Source of the DNA: a virus
Lineage: Duplodnaviria > Caudoviricetes
IMG/VR virus record: IMGVR_UViG_641509421_000001
Coordinates: 6,580 to 70,579 of that record
Length of the DNA stretch: 64,000 nt
Strand: one strand, 5' to 3'
The notes under the pieces were generated by a model. That model had not been told where the DNA came from and searched no databases. It saw nothing but the letters and a program-made list of their open reading frames with translations. Made by a program: the position numbers and the translations under genes. Shown here piece after piece: positions 30,043-39,766 of the stretch (position 1 is the first letter of the stretch; each line of letters begins with the position of its first letter).

Positions 30043-30498
30043 ATGCACTCACTACTTGTTAAGTGGCTAGATGGATTTGCTGAAAGGAGCAGGTTTGCTC
30101 CAGAAACGATTAAGGCCATGAAGAAAGTGAACGTAGTGATGGCTTTTCAGGGGATCGTCTTGTCGATGCTCTTTTGGAGTCCCGCTTCCACCTTCTTACG
30201 GCCTACAAGCCCTCCCGATGCCTACTGGCTAAGCCTCTCTTATGGCAGCTTGGAGGTGTGGGATTTGGCCTTTATCGTCTCTGCGATTCTGCTGTTAATA
30301 GCGACATCAACGTTAACTTGGGTGTCGCAGGCGCATATGCTCATGGCTTTCTGTTGGGCCTCTCTCGGGATCATCTGGATCATCGGGGGCATTCTTACAG
30401 CTCCGACTTACCTATTCGGGACGGGAGTTTTTGCCGTATTCATCGCGTCTCAACATGCAGCCCAAGTGCAGGTATGGAGAGCGGAAGGAGTCGGATAA
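30043..30498 (+). CDS. Membrane protein (about 4 TM; holin-like candidate)
   Basis: Four hydrophobic stretches. Confidence 0.7.
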   Translation: MHSLLVKWLDGFAERSRFAPETIKAMKKVNVVMAFQGIVLSMLFWSPASTFLRPTSPPDAYWLSLSYGSLEVWDLAFIVSAILLLIATSTLTWVSQAHMLMAFCWASLGIIWIIGGILTAPTYLFGTGVFAVFIASQHAAQVQVWRAEGVG

Positions 30499-30900
30499 GT
30501 GCCGGATATTAGCCAGATTGACTCAGGGACGACGCTAGGGCAGGTTGTTATCGGACTGATCGCCCTAGCGATGATCGTAACAACCTTCAAGGATGTTTTC
30601 AAGGGAGTCCCCAAAGCGGTAAAGCACAGGAATTACCGAAATCTGGCAAGTGAGCTGAAAGAAACTCGACTGGAGCTAAATTTTCAGCGAGGAATAAATA
30701 AGTCCATGAGAGAGTGGGAGCTTCTTGCCAGAGAGGTTATTCGGCAGATGCAAAATGATCTTGTCGAAGCCGGAGTGGAAATGGACCCCAGAGTTACCAG
30801 ATTAATGGAGCTTCTTGAAGATAATGAGAAGGTCAGAGGAGAATTTATAGAGGAGGAATTAAGTCGTGAGCCTGAACCAGAGCGGAACCTGGAAAAGTGA
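30499..30900 (+). CDS. Membrane-anchored coiled-coil protein
   Basis: One N-terminal TM then helical charged region. Confidence 0.7.
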   Translation: MPDISQIDSGTTLGQVVIGLIALAMIVTTFKDVFKGVPKAVKHRNYRNLASELKETRLELNFQRGINKSMREWELLAREVIRQMQNDLVEAGVEMDPRVTRLMELLEDNEKVRGEFIEEELSREPEPERNLEK

Positions 30901-32236
30901 GGAGTGGGATTTTGAGTATGAGATCCCGGAGTTCGACACTACAGGAACCACAGAAATTAGCCCTCCGGGGTCAAGGGATGACCCGTTCAACAATCTAGTT
31001 GCTTTCGGATCAAGTCTATTTAAGGGGATCTTCGATTTCTTCGGAGGCGTTTTTAATGGCGTGGTAGACTTGGTAGGTGGCGTTTCTGGCCCTGTCCTGG
31101 AGGCAGTTGGCGGAGCGGTCACCGCCATCATCGGAGGGTTAGCCAACGTCTTCGCTGGAGTAATTAACTTCTTTAGGCCAGGAAGCTCAGGGCCTCCTAA
31201 GCCTATCCCAGAGGTATTGAACCCCTTTAACACCGCCATCATGGAGACTCTCCAGCCCGTATTCGATGACATCGCCACTAACAACGCGGAGCTAGAAAGG
31301 CTCTCTGGGGAATCCGAGGATCTCAACGATGGCCTTGAAGAGGCAATTAGGCAGATGGACCCTAATGAGACGAATACGAAGGCATGGCTGCTCCAGGAGC
31401 AAATCAACGAGGCGAATGAGAAGTGGAAGGACACTGCAAAAAAGAACTTCGAGAATCTAGGGGAGTCTGTACAGCAGCTCGGTCAGAACGCGATGCTAAT
31501 GTTCGTTGGCGAAGCAGGAGTTAACACGGGAACTGACGACACTCTAAGTCCGCACTGGAAGTTTACGAGTTCAGGAAGTAGCACGAATAAAACCTGGACT
31601 CTTGAGGCGAAGCCAGGCTGGGCTGGCACAGCCAGCATCACATTCTACTACAGCCTATCGAGAGATATCGAGAGGTCAACATATTCGTTCTCTGAGGCCC
31701 GTCATCATGTTGCAAGATTCCCAAACCCGAGTGGGAGAACCTTCACTATGTCGGAGACTTACAATAATGGGGTTTCAGATGTCTCAGTCGAGGTCAACTA
31801 CCAGCTTGCTCCAGGCACTCCCGACAGTAAGAGGGAAGAGCGCACGAACGTGGATGTTAATCAGTCCTCTACGTCGTGGACTAGCATTTCTGGCTTCACC
31901 TTTACTGTCCCGAAGTCTTCGGAGTTTGCGTACAACTTCTATCTTGGCTGGGACGCAGCTAACCGAGGCTCTACATACGGCATGAGAGTTTATAATCAGA
32001 CTCAAAACACGGTGCTTAGTGCTGACGGGCCAAGAACCGACATCGGACCTCTGACCTCGCTAGGAAATGGACACGTAGAAAGAGTCCTTCAGGGTCTAGG
32101 GACAAAGATGAACTGTAAGCCTGGAGACAATATCGTATTCCAAGCGCTCTCCGACGCGGGGGGCTCAAACCAAAGGAAGATCCGAAGGACATCTATGGAT
32201 GTCACTTGGGTCTGGCAGGAAGGAGAGAATACATAA
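30866..32236 (+). CDS. Minor tail protein
   Basis: Amphipathic G-rich N-terminus, coiled coil, beta-rich C-terminus; SD GAGGAGG. Confidence 0.7.
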   Translation: MSLNQSGTWKSEEWDFEYEIPEFDTTGTTEISPPGSRDDPFNNLVAFGSSLFKGIFDFFGGVFNGVVDLVGGVSGPVLEAVGGAVTAIIGGLANVFAGVINFFRPGSSGPPKPIPEVLNPFNTAIMETLQPVFDDIATNNAELERLSGESEDLNDGLEEAIRQMDPNETNTKAWLLQEQINEANEKWKDTAKKNFENLGESVQQLGQNAMLMFVGEAGVNTGTDDTLSPHWKFTSSGSSTNKTWTLEAKPGWAGTASITFYYSLSRDIERSTYSFSEARHHVARFPNPSGRTFTMSETYNNGVSDVSVEVNYQLAPGTPDSKREERTNVDVNQSSTSWTSISGFTFTVPKSSEFAYNFYLGWDAANRGSTYGMRVYNQTQNTVLSADGPRTDIGPLTSLGNGHVERVLQGLGTKMNCKPGDNIVFQALSDAGGSNQRKIRRTSMDVTWVWQEGENT

Positions 32237-32237
32237 G

Positions 32238-33707
32238 ATGGATGTTAACACACTAAGGGAGGTGATGGGGAATTACCGAAACGTTAACTATGACGCTATG
32301 GTAGGCCCCATGAATGAGGCGATGATCGCTGCTGGATGCACTAACCTCCGGCGAGCTGCTATGTGGTGTGCTCAGATCGGCCACGAGTCAGAAGGCCTCA
32401 CCGCGATGGAAGAGTACGCCAGCGGAGCTGGCTACGAAGGAAGGCTTGATCTAGGCAATACTCAGCCTGGAGACGGAGTGCGCTACAAGGGCCGAGGCCC
32501 TATCCAGCTCACGGGTAGGTCCAACTATCGAGCCTTTACTACGTGGGCTAGAAGCAAGGGCTATACAACTATCGACTTTGAGGCGGAACCACACAAGGTT
32601 TCCGAGCCTAAGTGGGGATTCCTTGCAGCGTCCTTCTATTGGACGGTGAGGAGGCCTGACATTAACTCTCTGGCCGACCAGGGAGATGTAACGAGAGTAA
32701 CTCACAGGATTAACGGAGGAGAAAACGGACTCAGTGACCGTATAGCGAGATATAATCGCGCGATGGCACTCGGAGACCGAATCCTTCCTTCAGCCTCTGA
32801 GACAGGCACACAGACATCGAAAACGACGGCTGCGGAGAAGGTCCTGGATTATAAGCGAGACTGGGTGAAGCAGGACACCTACTATAACTGCGGTCCCGCT
32901 TCTTGTCAGACAGTAATCGGCGCAGCTACAGGGAATTACCCTGGAGAGGTTGAGCTGGCAGCAGCTCTCAAGACCACGATTAACGGAACTGACTGGATCG
33001 GAGTCTTCCCTGGAGTCCTAAACAGGTACATTCCCGGAGGAAAGTACTCCTCCAGGGAGATACCTAACGATCCGCCAAGGAGCGACCAGAGAGATCAGCT
33101 CTGGAAGGACATCATAAACTCCATCAACTCCGGTTATGGAGTCGTGGCAAACATTGTTGCTCCTCCAAGCAACTACCCGAGAGCGAGCTACAAGTCCACA
33201 CAGTCCCCAGCCTATGCAGGCGGAACAGTGTATCACTACGTTGCGGTGATGGGTTACGCCATTGACGACAGCGGAAGATCTCATGTGTGGGTCGCAGATT
33301 CCGGTTTCGCACCCTATGGCTACTGGATGACTCTCCAGCAGCTATCCACGCTTATCCCACCAAAGGGATATGCGTACTCCACCAACATTCCTCAGGAAGG
33401 ACTAGATATGGACGCAGTAAAGCAAATCATCGACTTTGTTAAGGGCTGGACAGGCCCGATGATCCAGGACATCAAGGACATCAGACAGCAGCTGACCGGA
33501 GGCAGGGATACTGTCTACCGAGAGGATGGCTCTGTTGACCTTGTTGCCAGCTACCCAGGCTGGAGGCAGCTAGGAACCGACAAGAACGGAAACCCGCTCT
33601 CTATGGTCGATAGTATCGCCTGGAGCCATGTGAAGTCAGATAAGATCATCGAGATCCTTACGGCTCTCCAGGATCGTATCACCGAACTAGAAAAGAAGGT
33701 TAAGTAA
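32238..33707 (+). CDS. Endolysin: GH19 domain + C39-like peptidase + C-terminal domain
   Basis: AQIGHES..YKGRGPIQLTGRSNY..INGG; QDTYYNCGPAS..HYVAVMGY..VADSG; GWRQLG. Confidence 0.92.
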   Translation: MDVNTLREVMGNYRNVNYDAMVGPMNEAMIAAGCTNLRRAAMWCAQIGHESEGLTAMEEYASGAGYEGRLDLGNTQPGDGVRYKGRGPIQLTGRSNYRAFTTWARSKGYTTIDFEAEPHKVSEPKWGFLAASFYWTVRRPDINSLADQGDVTRVTHRINGGENGLSDRIARYNRAMALGDRILPSASETGTQTSKTTAAEKVLDYKRDWVKQDTYYNCGPASCQTVIGAATGNYPGEVELAAALKTTINGTDWIGVFPGVLNRYIPGGKYSSREIPNDPPRSDQRDQLWKDIINSINSGYGVVANIVAPPSNYPRASYKSTQSPAYAGGTVYHYVAVMGYAIDDSGRSHVWVADSGFAPYGYWMTLQQLSTLIPPKGYAYSTNIPQEGLDMDAVKQIIDFVKGWTGPMIQDIKDIRQQLTGGRDTVYREDGSVDLVASYPGWRQLGTDKNGNPLSMVDSIAWSHVKSDKIIEILTALQDRITELEKKVK

Positions 33708-34087
33708 TGAGTATTTCACCAGAAGCAATTTATGACGACCCGCTAGTAAATAAGGTTCAGGAAGCTGGAGAGAAGGTAATCTCCGAGTACCCTCCATTCG
33801 AGAAGAGGAAGAACTCTGTTGCCTCTATCTCCTCGGGAGTTCTCCAGGCACTCAACCTCGTGGCTGTGGCTGTAGGTGTGACTAATCCGTGGCTTGCGAT
33901 TGGATTAGGCATTGCCATTGCGATCGTAGAGACGATTTTCCACGCAGCCACGAAGGGCCCCGTGACCAAGAGCGGAGTTAAGGCGATCGAGGAGAAGTTC
34001 CTCGACATCATCACCACTCCAGATCCGGTGGTTGTCAGTTCCTCTCCAGGTGCCAGCACCTATGAAGGTCTGACAGTAACAGGATAA
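33707..34087 (+). CDS. Holin (putative)
   Basis: Two hydrophobic helices, follows lysin. Confidence 0.7.
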   Translation: MSISPEAIYDDPLVNKVQEAGEKVISEYPPFEKRKNSVASISSGVLQALNLVAVAVGVTNPWLAIGLGIAIAIVETIFHAATKGPVTKSGVKAIEEKFLDIITTPDPVVVSSSPGASTYEGLTVTG

Positions 34088-34123
34088 AAGAAACCCCCTA
34101 CCTTAATTGGTAGGGGGTTCTTC
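34087..34123. terminator. Bidirectional terminator between convergent arms
   Basis: AAAGAAACCCCCTACC-TTAATT-GGTAGGGGGTTCTTC. Confidence 0.85.
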
Positions 34124-36768
34124 TATTTCATCAGCTGGACTCCTCGGTAAACGTGTCGGTTTGGCGTTCCGTTAACGGTAGTTCTCGCACTGGTAAATCC
34201 CAGAGATTTGAGCGTCTTATGGAACTCGTTGAGGCTGAAGTTATGGATCGGAATACCTTCATCAACAGCGAAAGTCTTCCAGGCCATATCAACCTCCTCC
34301 CTAAGCGCGATAGTCTTCTTGTCTGAGACCTTAGCTAGGTGTCGAGAAGCGAACTCGTGTACCGGCGAGATCTCTCCAGAGAACTTCTGAGAAGTGTCTC
34401 GAATGATCTCAGGCCACTCGTCCCTGCTCAGCCCCTCTTCCTTATACATTTGGAATCCCTCTAGCAGCCACCAGAAGATAGCAGGGTAAACCATAGGACT
34501 AAAGATGCTCTCTTCCTTCTTAACAGAGAACTTATTACTCTTGTTGAAGGGGATAATGAGAAGGCGGTTGGAAAGAGCTTCGTCGCCTCCCTGAATCCCA
34601 GGAATAGAGTTGGTTGCCACATATGGGGTGAAGCTAGGGGTCTTGGCGATAACTTCGGCAGAGTGAACTCCTCGGAGCTGCTGGCTATCGTTACCTGTCA
34701 CTTGCTTGAGCGAGTTGGCAGAGAGCTCGTAGTCCGTTCCGATCTCTGACATGAACACCATGCGTCTGTTGACGTTAGCCAGAACTTCGGAGTTAGGCCC
34801 GCCAGTGTTTCGACCTAACAGCTTCACAGCGTTAATAGGGGAAGCATAGTCACCAAGAGCGGAACCAATAGCCTCCAAGATGGTTGTCTTACCAGTGTGG
34901 TTAGGTCCGAAGAGGAAGACCATAACCTTCTCTGGATTTCCATCCACTAGAGAGTACCCCATCACCTTCTGAACAAACCGGCGAAGAGTCGGATCAGGGA
35001 GGAATCTCTCCAAGAATTTTTCCCAATTGGGGTGAGTTGCATTCTTCTGGAAGATGGCTCGGGTGCTCATAGTGAGCATGTCGGACTTCTCGCTGTCCCT
35101 TACTCGGAAAGTTTCCTCGGAGAGGTCCAGCGTCTTTCCCCCAGCCACGCCGAGATATTCCCCAATACTGTCAAAGTCAAGGGCACTGACTTTAATTTCG
35201 TCAATTGAGGACAGCTGATCCAGGACATGATTCATCGCAGGAGTGTTGAGAAGGCGACTAGACCTCCTGTTGAGGTTGTCAGCCATAGCCTGAAGGCTCT
35301 CAATCATGTCACTCTCCTCCTCTGTAATCTGGCCCTTAGCAGCCTTTTCTTCCAGAGCCATAACTTCGAGCTCTCGCTGTTCTGCCTCGTACTTGAGACG
35401 CTGCGCGAGACCGATAGCAACCGTATTGTACATCTCACCTCGGGAGCTGAAGGTAAATCGACCCATCTTACTGGACCATCGAGCAAACCTCTTGGAGGTT
35501 TCGGCGTTGGGATCTACCAGAACGTCCGTTCCCCAGTAAGAGGCGTAGATCCTGGCGTTATCGAAGTCATTATCTCCGTAGCTGGAGAGCCGAGTGATGC
35601 CTTGAGGCTTCCTCTCAGATTCAGCGGAGACAATGAGATCAGAGAGGTTACCGACAGCAAAATCTGCGCTCTCCTGGAAGATCGTGAGATCTCCAGCCTC
35701 AATCTCTTCCCTTACTCGTTCCACCTCGCCAACGACAGCCCTCTCAAACTCTGCCTCTGCTGAAGATCGGCTCCTTCGCTGTCCTTCAATGACGGCCTCA
35801 TAGAACCTGTCGGAGATGGTGCCTAGGGCTACCTTGACTCCGGCATGACCCTCTACTCCAAGTCGAATTGCCGAGTGAACAGCGGAGACCATCGTATCGT
35901 GGCCGTTATTCTGGATGTCGTCAAGGAACTTCTCTCCAGAGCTCACCTTGGCTAGAGGATTAGACATAGAGCTCTTATCCGAGCTCCCATCCTCGCTGAC
36001 CTTAGATACCCATCCAGGGAGGTTAAGTCGAAGCCAGTCAATAGCTGCCCTGTACTTGTCGCCTCCAGAACCAGTAAAGGTCGAACGACTAGACTTGGCA
36101 GTAAAGGCTCCGCGTTTTACGCCGTTGGTTAGGTGAGTTACCCAGGCCTCAGGCATCTCAGGAAGGTCCTTGACGTAAGGAGGGGAGTCAGCGAACACTC
36201 CTTCAGGAGAAATCCACTTGTACTGACTGTCTCCGCTGACCGAAGGCCACACGACAGAGTATCGGTGACCCATCTGAACAATATCCACATTGATACAGGC
36301 CTTAGACTCCCACTTCAGTCCAGGCGGGACTCGGAAGAAGATCTGGCCGGAAGGGTTCCTAATTCCCCTTCGGGTGGAACGCCACACAGAGTCTCGGTTA
36401 AGAGATCCTAGCTGAGACTCTAGCTCTCTGAGGTGGTCGTCTCCACGCTTGGTGCCGTAGTGGTCAATGTCGATAGAGATGATCTCCTGGGAGCCCTCAA
36501 CGTCAGACTGAAGCCTGAGACCGAGATTGGCTCCTTCCACTCCATCCCATAGCTCCTCGATCCTCTCAGGAGTGATATAAGGAACGCCTCCGGTAACTCC
36601 TGGGATAGGAGGAGACTTCTGGCCCTCAGGGAGCGGGAAAGGAGCCGTCCATCCTTTACGGATGTATTCTTCGGCCACTTCCCAGCTCGCCAAGGTTCTA
36701 TCAGGAGAACTTCCTTGAGTAGTGATATTAGAGATCGCGTTAAGCGCGTCCAGGTTAAATAGTGACAT
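34123..36768 (-). CDS. Bifunctional primase/polymerase fused to D5-type SF3 helicase
   Basis: PFPLPEGQKSPP, SIDID, VVWPS; Walker A GPNHTGKT, LKQVTGND, VATN. Confidence 0.92.
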   Translation of the reverse strand: MSLFNLDALNAISNITTQGSSPDRTLASWEVAEEYIRKGWTAPFPLPEGQKSPPIPGVTGGVPYITPERIEELWDGVEGANLGLRLQSDVEGSQEIISIDIDHYGTKRGDDHLRELESQLGSLNRDSVWRSTRRGIRNPSGQIFFRVPPGLKWESKACINVDIVQMGHRYSVVWPSVSGDSQYKWISPEGVFADSPPYVKDLPEMPEAWVTHLTNGVKRGAFTAKSSRSTFTGSGGDKYRAAIDWLRLNLPGWVSKVSEDGSSDKSSMSNPLAKVSSGEKFLDDIQNNGHDTMVSAVHSAIRLGVEGHAGVKVALGTISDRFYEAVIEGQRRSRSSAEAEFERAVVGEVERVREEIEAGDLTIFQESADFAVGNLSDLIVSAESERKPQGITRLSSYGDNDFDNARIYASYWGTDVLVDPNAETSKRFARWSSKMGRFTFSSRGEMYNTVAIGLAQRLKYEAEQRELEVMALEEKAAKGQITEEESDMIESLQAMADNLNRRSSRLLNTPAMNHVLDQLSSIDEIKVSALDFDSIGEYLGVAGGKTLDLSEETFRVRDSEKSDMLTMSTRAIFQKNATHPNWEKFLERFLPDPTLRRFVQKVMGYSLVDGNPEKVMVFLFGPNHTGKTTILEAIGSALGDYASPINAVKLLGRNTGGPNSEVLANVNRRMVFMSEIGTDYELSANSLKQVTGNDSQQLRGVHSAEVIAKTPSFTPYVATNSIPGIQGGDEALSNRLLIIPFNKSNKFSVKKEESIFSPMVYPAIFWWLLEGFQMYKEEGLSRDEWPEIIRDTSQKFSGEISPVHEFASRHLAKVSDKKTIALREEVDMAWKTFAVDEGIPIHNFSLNEFHKTLKSLGFTSARTTVNGTPNRHVYRGVQLMK

Positions 36769-37000
36769 TTATATCCTCTTTCATTGAATCAGTAATAACT
36801 TCGCCTCCCCAGATTCCTCGGGAGTCTTTCGCCTTTAAGCCTAGCATGAGGCATTCTTTTCTGGCAAGTAGAGGGCAAGAGCGACAGATCCGAATACAAG
36901 AATTGAGCCTGGCTCCACGATCAGCTAGGCTCTCTTCTTGCCTTAGATAAGGCTCAAACAGCTCGACTCTATTCTTGCACGGAGTCCGCTTTGAGTCCAC
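36755..37000 (-). CDS. whiB: WhiB-family transcription factor
   Basis: C..CRSC..C and GIWGG. Confidence 0.88.
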   Translation of the reverse strand: MDSKRTPCKNRVELFEPYLRQEESLADRGARLNSCIRICRSCPLLARKECLMLGLKAKDSRGIWGGEVITDSMKEDINVTI

Positions 37001-37229
37001 TAAGGAAGCCTCCTAACGACTCCTTATCAACGGAGCTAGGAGAAAAACATAAGCTGAATCCTCCAGCATCCAGTCGTTGTGCGAGATTAATAGCAATCTC
37101 TTTGGGGGTCTTCGGCTCCTCCTGGAGCCAGGGCACGTCCTTGTAGTTGGCGGAGCCAAACTTACCAGACTCTATATCTTTAGTGATCCCCTCTCCCATC
37201 TTCTCCATGAACTCCAATAATTTCTTCAT
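36969..37229 (-). CDS. Hypothetical protein
   Basis: SD AAGGAG. Confidence 0.7.
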   Translation of the reverse strand: MKKLLEFMEKMGEGITKDIESGKFGSANYKDVPWLQEEPKTPKEIAINLAQRLDAGGFSLCFSPSSVDKESLGGFLSGLKADSVQE

Positions 37230-37803
37230 AAGCTCTCCTTACTTCTTCTCGATATACCAGTCGAGCCTTAACCCACGGGTACATCTCTTGTTCCTTCACT
37301 CTTCCGAACCTCACTGGCGAGTGCCCCATCTCTAGGAATTGATGGCTCTGAACGAGGCGGTTCCTACTAAAGATCTTAATCTCTGGGAACCCCAGAGCCT
37401 GCATTGCGTACCCATAAGGTACGGTTCCTGTGAGATCCGCTTCAGCCAAGGAAGTTTCCGAGAATCCCCGTGCAATGTCAAATCGCTTGGTGATCTCGGC
37501 ACCCTCCTTGAAATCAAGGAAGCTCTTTATGAGATGAATGCCCTGCATTGCGGTCAGTCCTCTTCTATTGTAGTACTTATTGAACTCAATATCAACCCTG
37601 TGCTCCTTATGGAACTCAGAGACGCGCCGATAGACCCAATCCTTGTAGTTGCTCTCGACAGGAATGTACTGCTTTACGATCTCTACTCGGGAGAACGCGA
37701 AAAGTACTTCGGGTTCTGCAATAGCTTTCTCAAAAACAGAACGCTGTGGCGGGTTGCATCCCTGCCATGTCGATCCTTCTGCGTCTGGATTGTATATCCC
37801 CAT
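37180..37803 (-). CDS. Hypothetical protein overlapping the RuvC-like gene
   Basis: SD GAAAGGT before ATG 37803; start uncertain. Confidence 0.65.
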   Translation of the reverse strand: MGIYNPDAEGSTWQGCNPPQRSVFEKAIAEPEVLFAFSRVEIVKQYIPVESNYKDWVYRRVSEFHKEHRVDIEFNKYYNRRGLTAMQGIHLIKSFLDFKEGAEITKRFDIARGFSETSLAEADLTGTVPYGYAMQALGFPEIKIFSRNRLVQSHQFLEMGHSPVRFGRVKEQEMYPWVKARLVYREEVRRAYEEIIGVHGEDGRGDH

Positions 37804-38336
37804 TTATCTAACCTTTCGTCTGTACAGGTCCCCTTAGCATCGGAAGGAGACTGGAAAAATATAAAATTACCCTCTTCTGAAGGGAGATTGTAGTCGCCAT
37901 CCTCGTTATCTCCGGTCAGAATCTCGTACACTGACTGGATGATTCCGGCTGTAATTCTGACCGGAGAAAGGAAGTCTCTGGAGGAGAGGAACTTTCTGAT
38001 AATAAAGTCCTCGATAACTAAAACAGTAGTTCCGAAAATGCTTAGATAGTTGTACGTGTCCGCAATTTGAGAGGCGATGTTCTGCTCCTGCCAGGCAGCA
38101 TCCCCCTTCACGAGATCCGCAACATTACCGGAGCCTCCGTAGCTAAGCTGAGTCGTGAACGGTGTGATTCGATCCATGTCATGCGGAGGCGGAACTCCAT
38201 CACTAAGATCAACCTGGAGGATGGAGATTCCTGTGGTGACTCCGGGGTCAATCCCAATGATGTAGATGTAGTTGGCATCAGGTCTCCCCGTATTCAGGAA
38301 GAACTCGGCTACCTCTGCCGGAAGTGATTTTTCCAT
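37683..38336 (-). CDS. RuvC-like Holliday junction resolvase
   Basis: IIGIDPGVTTG, LVIEDF, QSPSDAK, HGRDATRH. Confidence 0.85.
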   Translation of the reverse strand: MEKSLPAEVAEFFLNTGRPDANYIYIIGIDPGVTTGISILQVDLSDGVPPPHDMDRITPFTTQLSYGGSGNVADLVKGDAAWQEQNIASQIADTYNYLSIFGTTVLVIEDFIIRKFLSSRDFLSPVRITAGIIQSVYEILTGDNEDGDYNLPSEEGNFIFFQSPSDAKGTCTDERLDKWGYTIQTQKDRHGRDATRHSVLFLRKLLQNPKYFSRSPE

Positions 38337-39766
38337 TAGCTGTCCTCGATTTCAATTGTTGTCATGTCCTCCACCTGAATGGCGGGACCTGAGTTGTTGG
38401 ATGCCTGGCCGATAGCGTGAACGACGAAGACCTTCTTCAGGTCGATGTCATCCAGCTCCGCTTCTAGCTCTGGGAAGAGATACCTGCTGATATTGAGGTG
38501 AACCTCTCCTCCCGCTTCATCAACGCAAATTACCTTTCCCTTGGTAGCAAGGTGAGGCTTCGTGAGCGATGCTGTGACCTCCTCGGTAGTCATATTCTTT
38601 CTCTGGCGCATCTCATTAATCACGTCAATCTTCTTGACGGAGATGACATGACCAATATACACGACCTGCTGACCTACCTGAGACGGAATGCTTGCAGATG
38701 TAGCGTCTGGCTCTGTCAGGGGGATCTCTCCTCGCTGAATGGAGCTTCGGAGGGTGTATGTAGCCGAGTCAGTGAGCTGAATGCCGAAGGGATCAGGCTT
38801 AGAGCAAAGATCCCGTGCCTTCTCCGCTGCTTTAGTACCGTAGCCAGCAACATGAGGAGCGAAGTCTTCCCACTCAACAATAGCGTCGCCATCCCAGGCA
38901 GAGCTAGAGCTCTTATTCCTAGCCTCTAGCATCTTCTCCGCTGTCTTCTCGCCAACTCCAGGGATCTGAGTAAACCCACCGACAACACCTGTTCGGTGTT
39001 CGTTAGGTTCCCAGGAGACTCCAGAGAGACGAGGGTGTGGAGGAGAGACCGTAAGGCCGTTCGCAATCGCCTCCTGAAGAAGGGGGAGCTGTGGGTCGAT
39101 CTTCCCCTTCGTCTTGCTCTTCTTAGAGGCTGATTTTAGAGAGGCAGCGTAGAACTCTGCCGGATGGTGGACTTTAAGGTACATGCACCAATAAGCAACC
39201 AAGGCATAAGAGATAGCGTGCGCGATATTGAATAGGTAGCTGGCTGAAGCAGCCATATAATCCCATACCTCGCGGGACAGAGCCTCGTCAGCGCCGACAG
39301 TATCTCTAGCTCCGTCTCGGAACTTAATCCAGAACTCCTCAAAGGCTCCTCCGGCCTGCTTAGCTCCGATAATCTTTCGGAGCCTTCCGATTTCATGGTC
39401 GGAGAGGCCACCGAAGCGGGACCCGATCTGCATGACCTGTTCCTGGTACACCAGGCAGTTGTTAGTCTCAGAAAGGATCTCGTCAACGACAGGGTGGATC
39501 TTTCGAGGCTCTTTACCACGTGCCACGTCGATATACTCCGCTGTCATACCAGAGATTAGAGATCCTGGCCTGGATAGAGCGTTAACGTCGGCCAGGGTCA
39601 TGAAGTCAGGGACGTTATCGGTCCCTGAGTAGATCTTTTTCATGATAGACCTCGTAGCCCTACCTTCAAACTGGAAGATCCCCGTCAGGTTGTCCTTGGC
39701 GAACTCCTTGAGGGTCTCCTCGTCATCATAGGGGAGGTCATACATCGTCTGTAGGCTTAATGTCAC
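38336..39766 (-). CDS. dnaE: DNA polymerase III alpha, C-terminal part
   Basis: GIFQFEG, ALSRPG, VYQEQVM, SYLFNIAHAISY, EFYAA, HhH IPGVGEK, OB-like tail. Confidence 0.9.
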   Translation of the reverse strand: MTLSLQTMYDLPYDDEETLKEFAKDNLTGIFQFEGRATRSIMKKIYSGTDNVPDFMTLADVNALSRPGSLISGMTAEYIDVARGKEPRKIHPVVDEILSETNNCLVYQEQVMQIGSRFGGLSDHEIGRLRKIIGAKQAGGAFEEFWIKFRDGARDTVGADEALSREVWDYMAASASYLFNIAHAISYALVAYWCMYLKVHHPAEFYAASLKSASKKSKTKGKIDPQLPLLQEAIANGLTVSPPHPRLSGVSWEPNEHRTGVVGGFTQIPGVGEKTAEKMLEARNKSSSSAWDGDAIVEWEDFAPHVAGYGTKAAEKARDLCSKPDPFGIQLTDSATYTLRSSIQRGEIPLTEPDATSASIPSQVGQQVVYIGHVISVKKIDVINEMRQRKNMTTEEVTASLTKPHLATKGKVICVDEAGGEVHLNISRYLFPELEAELDDIDLKKVFVVHAIGQASNNSGPAIQVEDMTTIEIEDS

